Shown: positions 35,706 to 49,233, counted from the first letter of the stretch. The stretch: 64,000 bases of DNA from Auanema rhodensis (GCA_964057225.1 OZ059894.1:15686001-15750000); one strand, 5' to 3'. Notes: generated by a model not told the origin, from the sequence alone. Numbers and translations are program-made.

Positions 35706-38700
35706 GTGGCCAAAAGATTCTCATCGGCTTTCCCAGCCCTTTACCCGTCCGATATCAACAGTGACGCTACTGTCGCAAGTCGTACCCGAAGCCGCACCCG
35801 ACTTCTCAGTGTTCAAATAGAAGAACCGCACCAACCAGACGAGAAGCCGAAGCCGCAAGTCGACAAGTTCTATACTCCCCGAGAAGGCACATATTCACCT
35901 TCTGACGACACTGACGAAGACCCGGACTTCATCATAGCCGACGACAGCACTCAAACTCCAACTACAAATCCCAAGGTACGCTCAGTTGATACTAATAAAA
36001 ATTTGCGAAAAATTCAAAAGAAAAAGCCGACAACCGCATCTGCCTCACCGGTAACCTCAGACCCAAACGCGTCGAACTTATCAGTTATCACTGATAACGC
36101 ACCTTCCCCATCCCTCGGGTTAACACAAAGCCCCCAAGCGTCTTCCACGCCTATTAATCAACCACATTCGCTAACTTTAGAACCCACCCAACTTAGTGAC
36201 AACCCTTCAACCTTATCAAAAATCACTGATAAGATCAAAAAGAATATCCCTAATAAGCGGAAGACAAAAACACCCAGTAAGCGCGCAACAGAAACTTTGT
36301 CAGCAGAAGCCAGCCTCGAAGGCATACAAGAAGCTTCACCCTTATCATTAACAACTGATAAGTTTAAAAACAAAAGATCTTTAACAACTCGACTGATAAA
36401 GATTTTAAACTTATCCCCAGGCGATAAAACAACACCCGGCGGAACAGCAAAACCCCGGTTTTCTTCACATAATCCTAATCTTAACAGATCAGATAGTGCG
36501 ATCCCTAGCTCACGATCAACTGATAGAACATCGCCTCAGGCATCTGGTAAAGTCATCCAGGTTCCAAGAGCCCGTTTCGCAACAACTACACCTATAATAG
36601 GCTCCTCTAGCAGAAACCCTAAGGCAATAGAAAACACTCATCAAGATCCAACAAGGAGCGAAGTGATAATATCACCTATCACATACCCTGAGGGCATCTC
36701 ATCCGAAATGACCGAAACATCACGGCTTCCAGGAGCGGGTAAATCTACCATTGCTCAGGCATTAAGCTCCCCATATTGCCCTATATACGACGGAAGTCGC
36801 AACTTTAGAGACTTCGTGGCCAAGTTTAACACCTTTGCAAACGCCTTAGGCTTAGTTATGCCAGAAAGATTAACAATCTTACCACTACTTCTCAAAAACG
36901 AACGAGCTGAAGAAGCTTATACACAGCTTAGCGATACTATCAAGACATCTGGCTCGTGGAATACTCTCATCGAAGAACTTACCTCTAGGCTATGCCCAGA
37001 GTATAATCAAGATCCGGCGCTGATAACGCTACAGAATTCCACCCAAGGCGAGCTATCAGTAGATGGATTTGCACAAACTTTACGAAGCCTAAGCTTAAAC
37101 GCTTTCTCCCATACAGACCCACACAAGGACCATATCCTTAGATCCACCTTTCTACGCGGTCTCAAAAACACAATACGCCCGGGGGTAATCAGAGCTAAAC
37201 CAAAAACGTTTGCCGAGGCAATTGATAATGCCAGATGGGAGGAATCAATTGCTAACCAAGTAGCCGACCCTCAGGCGCTACTGGTTAACGCAATCGATAG
37301 AACATTCCCTCCCAGGCGCGACACCGGAAGGCGAGGAATCGGCAGAGGCTATCAATCATTTAACAATAGAAACTACCAAAATTATCAAAATTATCAAAGT
37401 TATCAAAATTCATCAAATAATCAGAAACCACAAAATCTGCAAAATTCTTTCGCAAGAAACCGCAATCTTGGTAATCGCGGTAGAAATTTCTCAAATCCAA
37501 ATTGGTATCAAAGAAATAACAACTTATCACGTAATCAGGAGAGTGATAACCGTCAACGCGGTAATAATCCCTTCAGGGGAAACAACAATAATAGAGGTAG
37601 AGGAAGAGGCTCAAGAGTCAATAATTTGACCTTGATATCCCCCTTAACACTAGCAGTAGCTTTATCAGTGATCTTATCACTAATCACTATAACTGATGCT
37701 TATCAGATGTGCACTAAAGCTACAGGTGGAGCCCTCCTTATACCCCCACCCCTGAGGAAATGCACAATACCACCTACCAAACATGTCATTGTTCGAATTG
37801 AGCCAACAACAGAAAACGAATGTAGACTGGCTGTCCGCGACCGTAAATGGAAATCAGAAGACCTGATTAAATTGGATAGCTTGACATACGCGACAACCGA
37901 ACCTACATTCTCTCCAGCGCGCTCATTCAATTACGAACAATGCGAAGAAAAAGAACGACTGGTTTTGGAAAGAGGCGTTATGACCAGGATGCCAGACGAC
38001 ACCATATTGACAAATCTATTACTCAATACGGAAGGCTGTCTTGCACATCATGGCCAATGCGCATCCAATACTTCAATGATTATCTGGGAAATCCAATCAT
38101 ACGAACAGAGATGCAACTATATAGACATGAGCGAATATGATGCCATCATTGGAGACAGCATAATACTGATTCCCAATACGCAGTCAGCCCTTGTTATCGA
38201 CAATAAACAAATTCCAAAACAGATTACATCATGTTTTTCGCAACCTATATTTCAATCAACCACGGGCAATTATATACTCTTTCCCAAATATCCAAATGAG
38301 AGTAATATACACAACTTAATTGAAAGAGAATATAAAAAGTTGCCAGCTAAGCGTCAAAAAAGGGCTATAGCGCAATGCGCACTGCAATTGGACGAAAGCT
38401 GGATAAAAGAACAAGAAGACTACGAAACTTTAACATTGAACATATGCCCATACCCATTTTTACGTCCAGTAATGAGTAACCCTGGGATATCACAAATAAT
38501 TCCTATAATTCGAGCCAGACGGACAATAGATCCAACATATTCTATCGTTAAGTGGATCTCAGCACATCCCGAGCAGTTCAAATTCTTCCTACGAAGCACT
38601 ACTTCGGATAGATCAATAGAAAGATTCTTAAAAATATATGAATTCTACGACCCGGAAGAAGCAATGCTTCAATTCTTCGCCCAAAAAGAACTGGCAGCCA

Positions 38701-39560
38701 CCACAAGAGGAGCCGTTAAATACCTCACCTCCCTGCAACTCTTAGAGCAGATAGGCGACAGATTAACAGCAGAAGAATTTGACGAAAAAATACTCACAAA
38801 AGAAGGAAGTTATCGAGAGCGAACCGAAAGTATAGCGCTCGAGTTGGCATTTACACCGACCATTTTCGCTCAAAATAACATGTCGGTGCCATCAAAACAA
38901 GAAGTTTTGAAAGCATTTGTAAACATGCCGCCAATCAGGCCCGTATTATCAACTAATAACGAAAAGGAACAACTGATTATTAAAGAAACAATTGACCTAT
39001 ATCACCAAGTCCTCAAACTACGTACAATAAAACCCAATCGAACAGCGGCCAGAGCAGACGATGAAAGATTTCGACATCTGCCTGTACCAACTATTATCCT
39101 GCCAGATATAGAGAAATTATATCGAGATATGGAGAATAATTTTGGTATACCTGTTGGGCCCCATCAACAAACAAAAAGTCCTAACAAATATACACGAAAT
39201 CTTCTCATTCAAACCTTCCTACCGCTACTAGAGGATAAAAGAACACCTCCCTACTCAACCAGACGCCTGACAGACAAAACGGAATATATAACGACAACAA
39301 CGGAAGTAACAAAGCTAATCCAGGACCCTCAAACAACGCCAGAGATCGATACAACTCAAAACATAACATCCACGCGCGCGCCAACAACGGTTACATTAAT
39401 ATATGGTGTTCACAAAGAACAGCCTATTACTACGTTTGCAACGGTCACAGATATGTCTTTAAGATCGCAAAGAAAGCAGAGAACGTCATCACCACCTTTG
39501 GAGATTGAAACGAAAGCAGTACAAGCGCAAGCACATTATATAGGCTCCCAAGTAAACAAC
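35706..39560 (+). CDS. gag-env: Gypsy polyprotein, N-terminal part: S/T/P-rich leader, Gag capsid, N/RG-rich region, internal signal peptide, Env ectodomain; interrupted by the Maverick
   Basis: YDGSRNFRDFVAKF, QGELSVDGFAQTL, FLRGLK, PKTFAEAI (retrotransposon Gag); hydrophobic LTLAVALSVILSLITITDA|YQMC; Cys-rich ectodomain; basic sites KRQKR and RARR. Confidence 0.9.
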
Positions 39561-40650
39561 AGTAGAGAGCCATGCCGAATTTACTAACCACGCCCCCAAA
39601 CAGTTGCTAAAAACATACTTTTGAGGGCGTCAGCTGCTAAAATCATACTTTTGGGGGCGTCAGCTGTCAAAATCATATTTTCGGCGTCAGCTGTCAAAAA
39701 TATACTTTTCCTCCCGAGGCAGGCTCTCGAGCCTGCGCATGGATCAAAATGCATGATTTTTTTTTAAAAATTATTTTTTAATGTATTATTTTAAATGAAT
39801 TTTTATTATTTATATATTTGTTAATTGTATTTGTAAATATTTTTAAACTTATTTCTTTTTAAATGAATTTTTATTATTAATATATGTTTTAAATATTATT
39901 ATTTAATTATTTCTTTTTTAAATGTATTTTATATATTTTTAAAATATTATTAAAATTATCTCCTTTTAAATGTATTTTTAATATATATACATTTGAATAA
40001 ACTTTTTAATATATATTGTGTTTGTTTTAATTTATAAAATTTGAATATTTTTCAAAGCTAATAAATATGTTCACCGTACCTCTTATGGGTTAATTAATGG
40101 AACACATATCGAAGGTTAATTCGATAAGAGCGATATGAAATACAAAAGTTAATGGAACACATATCGAAAGTTAATTCGATAAGAACGATATGAAATACAA
40201 AAGTTAATGGAACACATATCGAAGGTTAATTCGATAAGATCGTTAAAACAGGTGCACTGACCCACACAAGAACCACATGGCAAACGTTTTGTTCATAAAA
40301 ATATGATAAATAGCTGTACACCACATGTACCAAGTTGTCTAATATTTTCAAATTACATGAAAGAATAGTTTAAAGAACCTTTTTTTTTTTTAAATTTTAT
40401 ATTAGTATATTCTAATATACTAACTCAATAAAACACATATCGAAGGTTAATTCGATAGGATTCACAAACAATTGTGTTGTTTCCAATGGAACACATATCG
40501 AAGATTAATTCGATAAGATCGTTAAAACAGGTGCGCTGCCCCACACATGTACCACATGGCAAAAGTTTTGTTCATAAAAATATGATAAATAGCTGTACAG
40601 CACAAGTACCCATAACGCTAAAGAATACTTACTATGCCAAGGGGTCATGG
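39561..40650 (+). repeat. Left TIR of the Maverick (near-perfect for about 200 bp, patchy to about 1.1 kb); partner about 55490-56261
   Basis: Reverse-complement matches, including ~30-bp GCGTCAGCTG subrepeats and GTACCCATAACGCTAAAGAATACTTACTATGCCAAGGGGTCATG. Confidence 0.9.
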
Positions 40651-41159
40651 GTATATAGTTTTTTAGTATCAAAAATGTTAATGGAACACATATCGAATAT
40701 CAATTCGATAAGATTGGTGAAACAGATACGTTGACCTACAATGAACCAAATGGCAAAGCACTTGTTCATTAAAGTATAACAAATAGCTGTATAGCATATG
40801 CATCAAGATTTCTAATATTCTCAAATTACATGGAAAGAAGAGTATATAGAAAAAGTTTTAGTGTGTATATTACTAATATTCTAATACCCTAACTCAAAGA
40901 ACACATATCGAAGATTAATTCGATAAGATTGTTGAAACAGTTGCGCTGACCACAACAATACATGCGTATTTATTAACAGCGGATTGGCAACTGCCACTGT
41001 TGACAGCTGTAATATGATACAATGTTGAGTGTTGGCAACATTGTTACGTGACAATAAAACAACTGACTGTTCTTGCAATGAAGTGTAATATAAATGTGTA
41101 AAATGAAATATGGATAACTACCTCTCAGAGTTTGCATAATTTTATTCTAACAAGATACA

Positions 41160-44100
41160 ATGGCTGCTAACAGGTTGTGTTTTTTCCTATTTTTTTTTTA
41201 ATTAAAATATTTATTTTCAGTTATAAGCGTGTATGTGAAGAGTTGGGGTTCGATTATGAGGAAATTTATCAACTCAGGTAATTTAACAATATTTTTAAAA
41301 TATACATCTTTGTTTTTTTTTTTAGTAAGCGCATAAAACTTACCGAGAGTGGTGGTGTTGAGCTGTGTGACCCCGCAATAACCACTTCCAATAGTGGTCC
41401 CTCGTCATCGAGGGTTATTGAAGTTATCACCTTGGATGACAGCGATGATGAGTAAGCTATCATATAATGAAAAAGCATGAAATTTTTTTTTCAGAGAATG
41501 GAATCCCGAGATGCCATCAACTAGTGGAGAACAATTAGGAGGCGGTTCATCCTTCAACGATGTTTGTCAAATAAAGGTACGAGCTTTTAACCTTTTTTTT
41601 TTTTTTTCATGTTACAATTCTTTTCACTCTATATCTTTTATTTGATTACATATCTTGAGCAATTTTGAATTCTGCCATCTATTTTTAAACAAATCATCAT
41701 ACATTTGGTGGCTTTTTGAAAAATAAAATAAAATCTTATCCCAAATCCATGCCATAATATCATTCATTAAATTTTTATTCATTAAAATACACTTAAATTT
41801 AAATATTTTGATGCTCAAAAACTGACACATTTAAATATTTTGTATTTTTTAAATCATTTCACTCCATCTCTTTTATTTAATTTCATATTTTAAACAATTT
41901 TAAATTTTTACCACTACTTTATAATTTTTATTTATTAAACTTTTTAATCATTAAATTACACTTAAATTTAAATATTGTGATGCTCAAAAACTGAAACATG
42001 AAATTGATTTATATTTTCTAAGCCATTTCACTTCATCTCTTTTATTTAATCACATATCTTGAACAAATTTAAATTTCTATCACTTTTTCATAATTTCGTT
42101 TATTAAATTTTTAATCACTAAAAAACATTTAAATTTCAATATTGTGATGCTCAAAAACTGAAACATTTAAATATTTTGTATTTTCTAAACCATTTCACTT
42201 CATCTCTTTTATTTATATATATTTTAAACAATTTTATAATTCTACTGTTATTTAATTTTTATTTATTAAATTTTTAAACATTAAAAAAAAAAAAATTGAT
42301 GCTCAAAAACTGAAACATTTAAATATTTTGTATTTTTCTAATCGTTTTGAAACAAACTAAACATATATTTGAAACCATTTCAATTAAATAAAAAATAACG
42401 ACTATAACAAACAAAGAGACATAATAATTTTAAGCAAACAAAGAGACATAATAATTTTAAGCAAAAGATGAAACAATTCATATATATTCTTAAAACTATT
42501 TTTATTTAAACTTTAAAAAAAAAATAAAAAAGCATGTAAACTGTTATAAATGTTGTTTATTATAGTGGTCACACCGGCGCATAAAACGCACCGGTCGTTT
42601 TACCAACGTGGTCGTTCGATCGCTCACGTTCCCACACTTGGAAAATGTTGATGAACCAATGCATGTTATCATGCCGCGGTTATTCAACGAATTCCTTGAT
42701 CGTTGTCTTGCTGAAAGCGGTGTGCCTGATAAGCAAAAAGCCTTATTTTGTTTATCAATTGAGCACCCTTCCTTTGAAAAGGGCTCCATATTTATGGACT
42801 TTCGTAGAAGGGAGCATCTGGATGGCGTAGCCATTATGAATGCCATCAGCAAGGTGCAGCAATCAAAACGAGAGGCTGTGATCAGCCAGGCAATGAATAT
42901 TGAGATGTATGTGTTTGATGAAAGGCCAGCGCAGCCAAGCCTGATGCCTGGTGAAGGTAGAGTCGGGTTTTATTTTGACCCCGAACTCAAAATACCTGGA
43001 ACCATTGCCAACACTGACTCACATTGTCTGGCTAGATCAGCAGTTGTGGGAATGTGGAAAGCTGACGAGTTGGCTACTGAAGATGGCGATGAGAAGCGAA
43101 GGCTGCAAAACCTTCGTCGCAATTACATCTTATTGCCAAATCAGCCACACCATATCAATTTATTAAATAGGTGTGGTATTTCTGTAGATTTACCAAATTA
43201 TAATTTAATTCATTTAAACATTATTGCCAGCTGTAATACAAACTATAAGTTTGTAGTATATGCTAGACCGCCTGGACAGCGTATGTACACTATCCAGAAA
43301 ATATTTAATGAAGCGGCTAGCAAATTGGTAACACTAGGTTACCGAAATAATCACTATGATTGTATTACAGCTGGTAGTCGTTCGAAAATTTTTGATGGTA
43401 TTATATGTCAACACTGTAAGTTATCTTACAATACAGTGTTGCATAGATGTAAAGCCAAATGTAAAAAATGCCACACCTATAATTGTAATGCGATGGGGAA
43501 TGTGGTTGAGAGTAGCGTGAGGTGTGATAGTTGTAGAGTTTTGTTTAAAACTCAACAATGCTTCGATAGGCATTTGCGAAAAGCCTGCCGAAAATTCAAG
43601 GTATTTTGTGAAAATTTAAAGTTGTACATAACAAGCTTAAATTCAGACATGTGTGGCGTGTGATCACTATCACATGGTCCGTGCTGATAGACCGCACAAT
43701 TGCAATGAAAAATTCTGCAAAAAGTGCGGTCAGACAAAGCCTGAAGAGCACTCTTGTTGTTGGGTTCCACCTAACGACAAGAAGAAGGCTCAGCTAAAAA
43801 AGAAGCAAGAAAAGTTCAAGGTTTGTATTTAACATCTTTACAAGTGTAATGCGTACTTGTTTAAGATTATATTTTATGACTTTGAAACAGTTGTGTTAAA
43901 AAACGGCACAAATGTTCATGAATATGCAGATGAACAATGGCCCAATATGGTTGTGTATAACAAATTTTGTGAAAGTTGTATAGATGCCAATTCCTGTGAG
44001 AAATGCACAACCAAGGAGGGCCATTTTGGGTACCAACAAGGTGATAGTGAATGGTCTGTAACAGATCGTTTCCTTGATTGGTTACTCAACTTTTCTGAGA

Positions 44101-46801
44101 ATGATAATGCAATTTTGATTGCGCACAACGGGTCGCGCTTTGACATACATTTCTTGGTGTCTAGGCTGATAAACCGTGGAATATATCCTGACCCCATTTT
44201 AAATGGGACCAAGATTATTAGCATGGTTGTCAAGCCTTTAAGAGGTCAAAACATTAACCATTTATGTTTTAAAGATAGTTATTTACTAGTGCCTTTACCC
44301 TTATCAGCGTTACCCAAGGCATTTGGTGTACCTGATATGAGTAAAGGACAATTCCCATACCTCTTTAACCACCCAATAAATTATGGCAAAGTGCTACCAT
44401 CCTTGCCACCAAAGCATTACTATTGTACTGCTAGAATGAAAGCAGAAGACCTAGCTTCATTCAATATTTGGTATGAGGAGCGTAATCAAAGTGTGTTTGA
44501 TTTTGATGAGGAGCTTCTGGAATATTGTAGGACAGATGTCCGTATTTTAACCAACTGTATGAAAGTGTACATGAAGTTGGCCACCGCCACCACTGGCTGG
44601 AATCCTGTCATACAATGTATGACATTTGCCAGTTTCTCTTTATTCCAGGCAAGTTTTTTAAAATACAAGCATTTTCAAAACTAGTATATTACAGTTGAAA
44701 ATGAACCACATTAAAGAGAACCAAGTGGGTATTCTGCCTGAGACTGGTTATTATGCCGGCCAGAAGCAGAGTATAATTGCCATAAAATACATAAAATGGC
44801 TAGAACACGGATTAGGCCGACCATTAATGCATAAGCTTAATGGTGGTGAATTTGTTGTGAGAGTAGATGGCCAACGCTATCTACTTGATGCTTATGACAG
44901 TGTGGCTAATCACGGCTATGAGGTGAGTAATTTGTAATAAATGTAAAAAAAAAAAATGAAAAATTTTGTAGTTTAATGGCTGTATTTATCATGGTTGCCC
45001 CCAGTGCACCAACAAGACTGCTATTGCACCAGGCAGAAATGGTGAAACAATGGAAGAGGTAACCAATACTTTTTTAAATCATTTTAAGCTGAAACATTTA
45101 GGTTTATGAAAAAACCATGAAAAGGCTTGAGGCTATTCAAAGCCAGGGCATTAGTGTAACCACTGTGTGGGAACACGAAATTACTGCTCAAATGTCATCA
45201 AATGAGCAAATGGCAAATTTTATGAAGGACACTGAGGTTGTAACTCGATTGGCACCTCGAGATGCCTTCACCGGCGGCCGAACTCAAACATATAAGCTTC
45301 TGGCCCAAGCTTCGGATAGATACTCACTAGAGTATGTGGACTTTTGTTCACTTTATCCATATGTAACGGCATTTGATGCCTATTACCCTGTGGGTAATCC
45401 TAAAGTGATTACTGAGGGCTTTGAGAGTTTTGAGGCATGCTGCCCATACAAGGGCCTTGTGAAATGTGACGTGCTTGCACCCACAAATTTGTTGTATCCT
45501 GTATTAGGAACACGCATAGGCGGTAAATTAATTTTTACAAACTGCCGCACATGTGCAAACAGAGGCAAAAATGTAACATGCCCGCACCAAGATGATGAAG
45601 ACGCTCGAAAGCTGCATCTGACTGTAACGCATGTAGAGCTCGAATGTGCCATACAGCGTGGCTACAAAGTGCTTCATGTTTATGAGGTTTGGCACTGGGA
45701 TGAATGGCAGCAAGGAGGCCTATTCAAGGATTTTGTACAAAAGTACATAAAAATTAAGCAAGAGGCATCGGGCTGGCCTAAGCCAAATATGACAGAGGCT
45801 GAAAAGGTATGTGTCATGAAAAGTATGGCATTAAATAGAATTTTACAGCTAAAATATCTCCAAGAGCACGAGGAGAACACTGGTGTTGCTCTGGAGAGCA
45901 ACAAAATTGAAAAGAATGCGGCCATGCGTAGCATTGCCAAACTACAGCTGAATAGGTATGTAAACTTTTAAAAATAAAAATTTACAAATTTGCTTATAGT
46001 GTATGGGGTAAAATGGGTCAAAGACCGGATAAAGCCCAAACCAAGATTATTGGTGTTGAGGATCCTGAAATTGGTAGGATCATAACTGATCCTGCAAGGG
46101 AACTCACGGGCTTCAAAATTGTGGACGATGTGGCGTACTGTACAACAGTGCCAGAAGACTCACACTTGGCACCAGCGCCGTTTACAAATGTAGCCATAGC
46201 GGCTTATACAACCGCTCATGCAAGGCTACTATTGTATAAGGCAATGGAGAAAATTGGAAAGAACTTGGTGTATACAGGTAATTTTATACTTTGTATACAA
46301 TTTAAACGTACATCATTTAGACACCGATTCTCTAATTTATTTAAAATGCCTCGATCAGCCTGATCCAATTGAGGATATGAAGGGTGAATGGTTAGGTAAA
46401 CTAACCTCAGAAATACCCGATGGTTGGTCAATGACCAAATTTGTTTCACCAGCTGCAAAAGTTTATAGTTATGAGCTAGTTAATGCAGCTGGTCAGGTCA
46501 AGTATATCACCAAGGCAAAGGGGGTGGTAAGTATAAAAATATATTATTGAGAAACTTTTTAAAATTACAGACGTTGGACCACACGGCAGCCACCGTGGTA
46601 AACTATCAAAGTATGGAACGATTGGTTCGAGGACTCGTGATGGATGGAGAAAAATTGGTTTTAAAAACCAAAACAACGTTATTAAAGAGGCAGCTTGGTG
46701 CCATATCCACGATGGACATGACAAAGAGTACCAAGGTCGTAATGGATAAACTTTGTTATCTAGACGATTTTAGTACTTTACCCTATGGTTATTGTGAATA
46801 A
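41160..46801 (+). CDS. pPolB: Protein-primed DNA polymerase B, 14 exons inferred
   Basis: Spliced frame gives IIFYDFET (Exo I), AHNGSRFD (Exo II), YCRTDV (Exo III), YEFNGCIYHGCPQC, YVDFCSLYP, KLQLNSVWGK and YTDTDS. Donors near 41174, 41278, 41452, 41577, 43601, 43821, 44649 (GC), 44923, 45059, 45807, 45956, 46278, 46528. Confidence 0.92.
41780..42470 (+). repeat. Degenerate ~155-170-bp AT-rich tandem repeats within the long pPolB intron
   Basis: TGATGCTCAAAAACTGA(A/C)ACAT recurs near 41810, 41978, 42145 and 42297; there is also a 31-bp duplication near 42407-42465. Confidence 0.7.
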
Positions 46802-46939
46802 TTTTTAATATATTTGAATTTATAAATTTTATTATTGCGTGTATATTTGTATATGGTTGTATTTATAGATTTTTATGTATAGTTGTATTAATAAATTTTA
46901 TTCTTCTCATCAAATGTTTTAAAGAGTTTATTACATACA

Positions 46940-48274
46940 TTACAAACTGGTATCAATATATGGAGCACGATTGTTGTCAATTGAAAGAATAGAGTCATAT
47001 TCTGCATAAACAATAGCATATAAACCCTCTTGCGGCGTTTGTTGACCAAATTCCAATTTCAGGGCCACATTACCTTGTCGTATAACATCAAATAACTCGG
47101 ACGAGTGTACAGTCGGTGAAATATCAAATACAAAAAATGTGAACCCAGCTTTATACATTGCTGGTGTAATACCATTGGATGAATCTGTACGACCAAGGCC
47201 CAAACCTTCCAACATGTCAATATATGCTGTGGCATAGGAAGAACGCCATTCTAAATTATAAGGGCGGGTAGGTATTACCCGATTGTTGAGCGTCAAGTAT
47301 ATATTTTTCAATTCAAACGGTTTAAAGTTGAATGGCGAATGTTTAAAAGTACCATTATAGGCGTGTGCGCCGACTAGACCTACTACAACACGTTTCGGTG
47401 TATGCGACGTGAATAATATGTTATTGGGTGAATCCAAACGACCTCCTTCTATGAAATAAGATCGCATTTTCACTGACGTCATGGGGTAGTGTATTCGTTC
47501 CTTCACAAGTTTATCTTCTATAGCCATAGCTAATCCAGCGTTTAGATCAAACTCTTGAATAAGCAAGTGCACATCGTTGATATCTATTTTCAGGTTTGGA
47601 AACTCCTCCTTCATTGCAGCATCCTTGCTTTCATTATTCCATCCCAGTGTGTCAATTAAGAAATTATCACGGTTTGGATATGCAGTTAGCTCCATTTTTG
47701 AATAGTTCACAAACAGTCGTTCCTGATTGAATAAGTCGATACTGATGGGAGCAGCCATCTCACACAATATGCCATTTTTAACAAGCCCTTGTCGCGCTCT
47801 AAATCCAGGACTGGCTGCATTATCTATATATCTATCCGCATAATAGCCTGATATGGCAAGTTTGCTCTCTTTAACATCGTTGCTATACATTAGAATATTC
47901 TCAATATATGTTTTGTAGGCATGATTTACGGTAGAGTCATACACGCTAACATCACCAATTTTTAAATGATACGAGTGTATCAAACTGGCTGCAAATTGTT
48001 GGCATGGTGCAAAAACAAGGTTGTCTGGTACTGGATCACCGTTTGTGGTTACAATTTTGAATTTTACATTCAACCAACACCTTCTCAGATTAAGAAATGA
48101 TTTGGAATTTTGGGCTATAACAAATTCCCATGGTCCTTGAGGAAGAAAAGTATTTTTTAAAGGAACTTGTACAGTACGAGTGGATTCAACACCTAATGCC
48201 GACGCCGGTATGTCACTATAATTAATATTAGGTAAAAGGGCTTGTGCTGATTTTGAATCTATCAATTTAGCCAT
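46940..48274 (-). CDS. Maverick major capsid protein (double jelly roll)
   Basis: 444 aa; GPWEF, SIDLFNQER, PKRVVVGLV, YNGTFKHSPFNFKPF, GFTFFVFDISP, VYAEYDS are typical Polinton MCP motifs. Confidence 0.9.
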   Translation of the reverse strand: MAKLIDSKSAQALLPNINYSDIPASALGVESTRTVQVPLKNTFLPQGPWEFVIAQNSKSFLNLRRCWLNVKFKIVTTNGDPVPDNLVFAPCQQFAASLIHSYHLKIGDVSVYDSTVNHAYKTYIENILMYSNDVKESKLAISGYYADRYIDNAASPGFRARQGLVKNGILCEMAAPISIDLFNQERLFVNYSKMELTAYPNRDNFLIDTLGWNNESKDAAMKEEFPNLKIDINDVHLLIQEFDLNAGLAMAIEDKLVKERIHYPMTSVKMRSYFIEGGRLDSPNNILFTSHTPKRVVVGLVGAHAYNGTFKHSPFNFKPFELKNIYLTLNNRVIPTRPYNLEWRSSYATAYIDMLEGLGLGRTDSSNGITPAMYKAGFTFFVFDISPTVHSSELFDVIRQGNVALKLEFGQQTPQEGLYAIVYAEYDSILSIDNNRAPYIDTSL

Positions 48275-48739
48275 TTAAATACGATACGACCGCTCACGAG
48301 TTATGCACAGACGCTTATGAGGTTTTGTGGTTTTGCGTCGTCGCCGCTTGCCCAAGCCGGTAAGATCTCGTATAGCCTGCCGGCCGGCTGTTTTAAGAGT
48401 TTGCTTGATATTATCGCCCTTGAGCACCCCATCAACAATTTCATTGCTAGTTTTTAGCAACTGGCCGCCAAGCGGTGAATTTACAACTGGACTATTGCTT
48501 ACAGCACTGGATAATGCATTCCTTCCAGCATTGATGAGATTTTGGGCTATAGGTGATTGAATAATGCGTGGTAAAAACGATGCCAAAGTTGCCAGTATAC
48601 CACCCAGGCCATGACCTCTCTGCATACCACGTTGAAACATCATTCCACTAAATGGCGCCCCACCCATTTGTTGATTCAAAAGTGTTGTCCATTGAATTGA
48701 GTTCAAGTCTAGAAGGAGGTGTGGCATATTGAACCGCAC
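48275..48739 (-). CDS. Putative virion core/cement protein
   Basis: QMGG and FSG..FQRG.QRGHGLGGIL cleavage-type motifs, basic C-terminus, adjacent to MCP. Confidence 0.7.
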   Translation of the reverse strand: MRFNMPHLLLDLNSIQWTTLLNQQMGGAPFSGMMFQRGMQRGHGLGGILATLASFLPRIIQSPIAQNLINAGRNALSSAVSNSPVVNSPLGGQLLKTSNEIVDGVLKGDNIKQTLKTAGRQAIRDLTGLGKRRRRKTTKPHKRLCITRERSYRI

Positions 48740-48777
48740 GTGCGCAATACAAAAGTTACACTAGATCATTTTACTAA

Positions 48778-49233
48778 ATGTATTCGTCTGAAATAGCGTC
48801 ACTATTGCGATCTGTCCGCATCACTCGAAAACTATTCCTCGGTGTATTTAGCGCGGATACTCTACCCAAAACACGTCGAAAGAACTTTGCACTTGTTGTG
48901 AATACTGACACACACGATAAACCGGGCACACATTGGCAAGTCATCTTTGTACGTAATGATCAAGCCTACTTTTTCTGTAGCTTGGGTTATAAAATGAACA
49001 AGTACGTTCGTCATTATCTGGCCAAATATAAAAATGTAAAAGTTAATACTTGCAAACCACAACGCATAATTGAATACACTTGTGGTGGTTATGCAATATT
49101 TGTAATACTAATGTTGTCAGCTGGTAATACATTTGAAAGCATTTGTTCATTTTTTAAACTATTACAAAACGATGATGTCTTTATTAAAGCGTTTATGCAT
49201 AAAGTATTCGACTATAAATTATCTAGCATATGA
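48778..49233 (+). CDS. Adenain-like cysteine maturation protease
   Basis: FLGVFSADTLP, VVNTD...PGTHW, Q.....TCGGY. Confidence 0.9.
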   Translation: MYSSEIASLLRSVRITRKLFLGVFSADTLPKTRRKNFALVVNTDTHDKPGTHWQVIFVRNDQAYFFCSLGYKMNKYVRHYLAKYKNVKVNTCKPQRIIEYTCGGYAIFVILMLSAGNTFESICSFFKLLQNDDVFIKAFMHKVFDYKLSSI

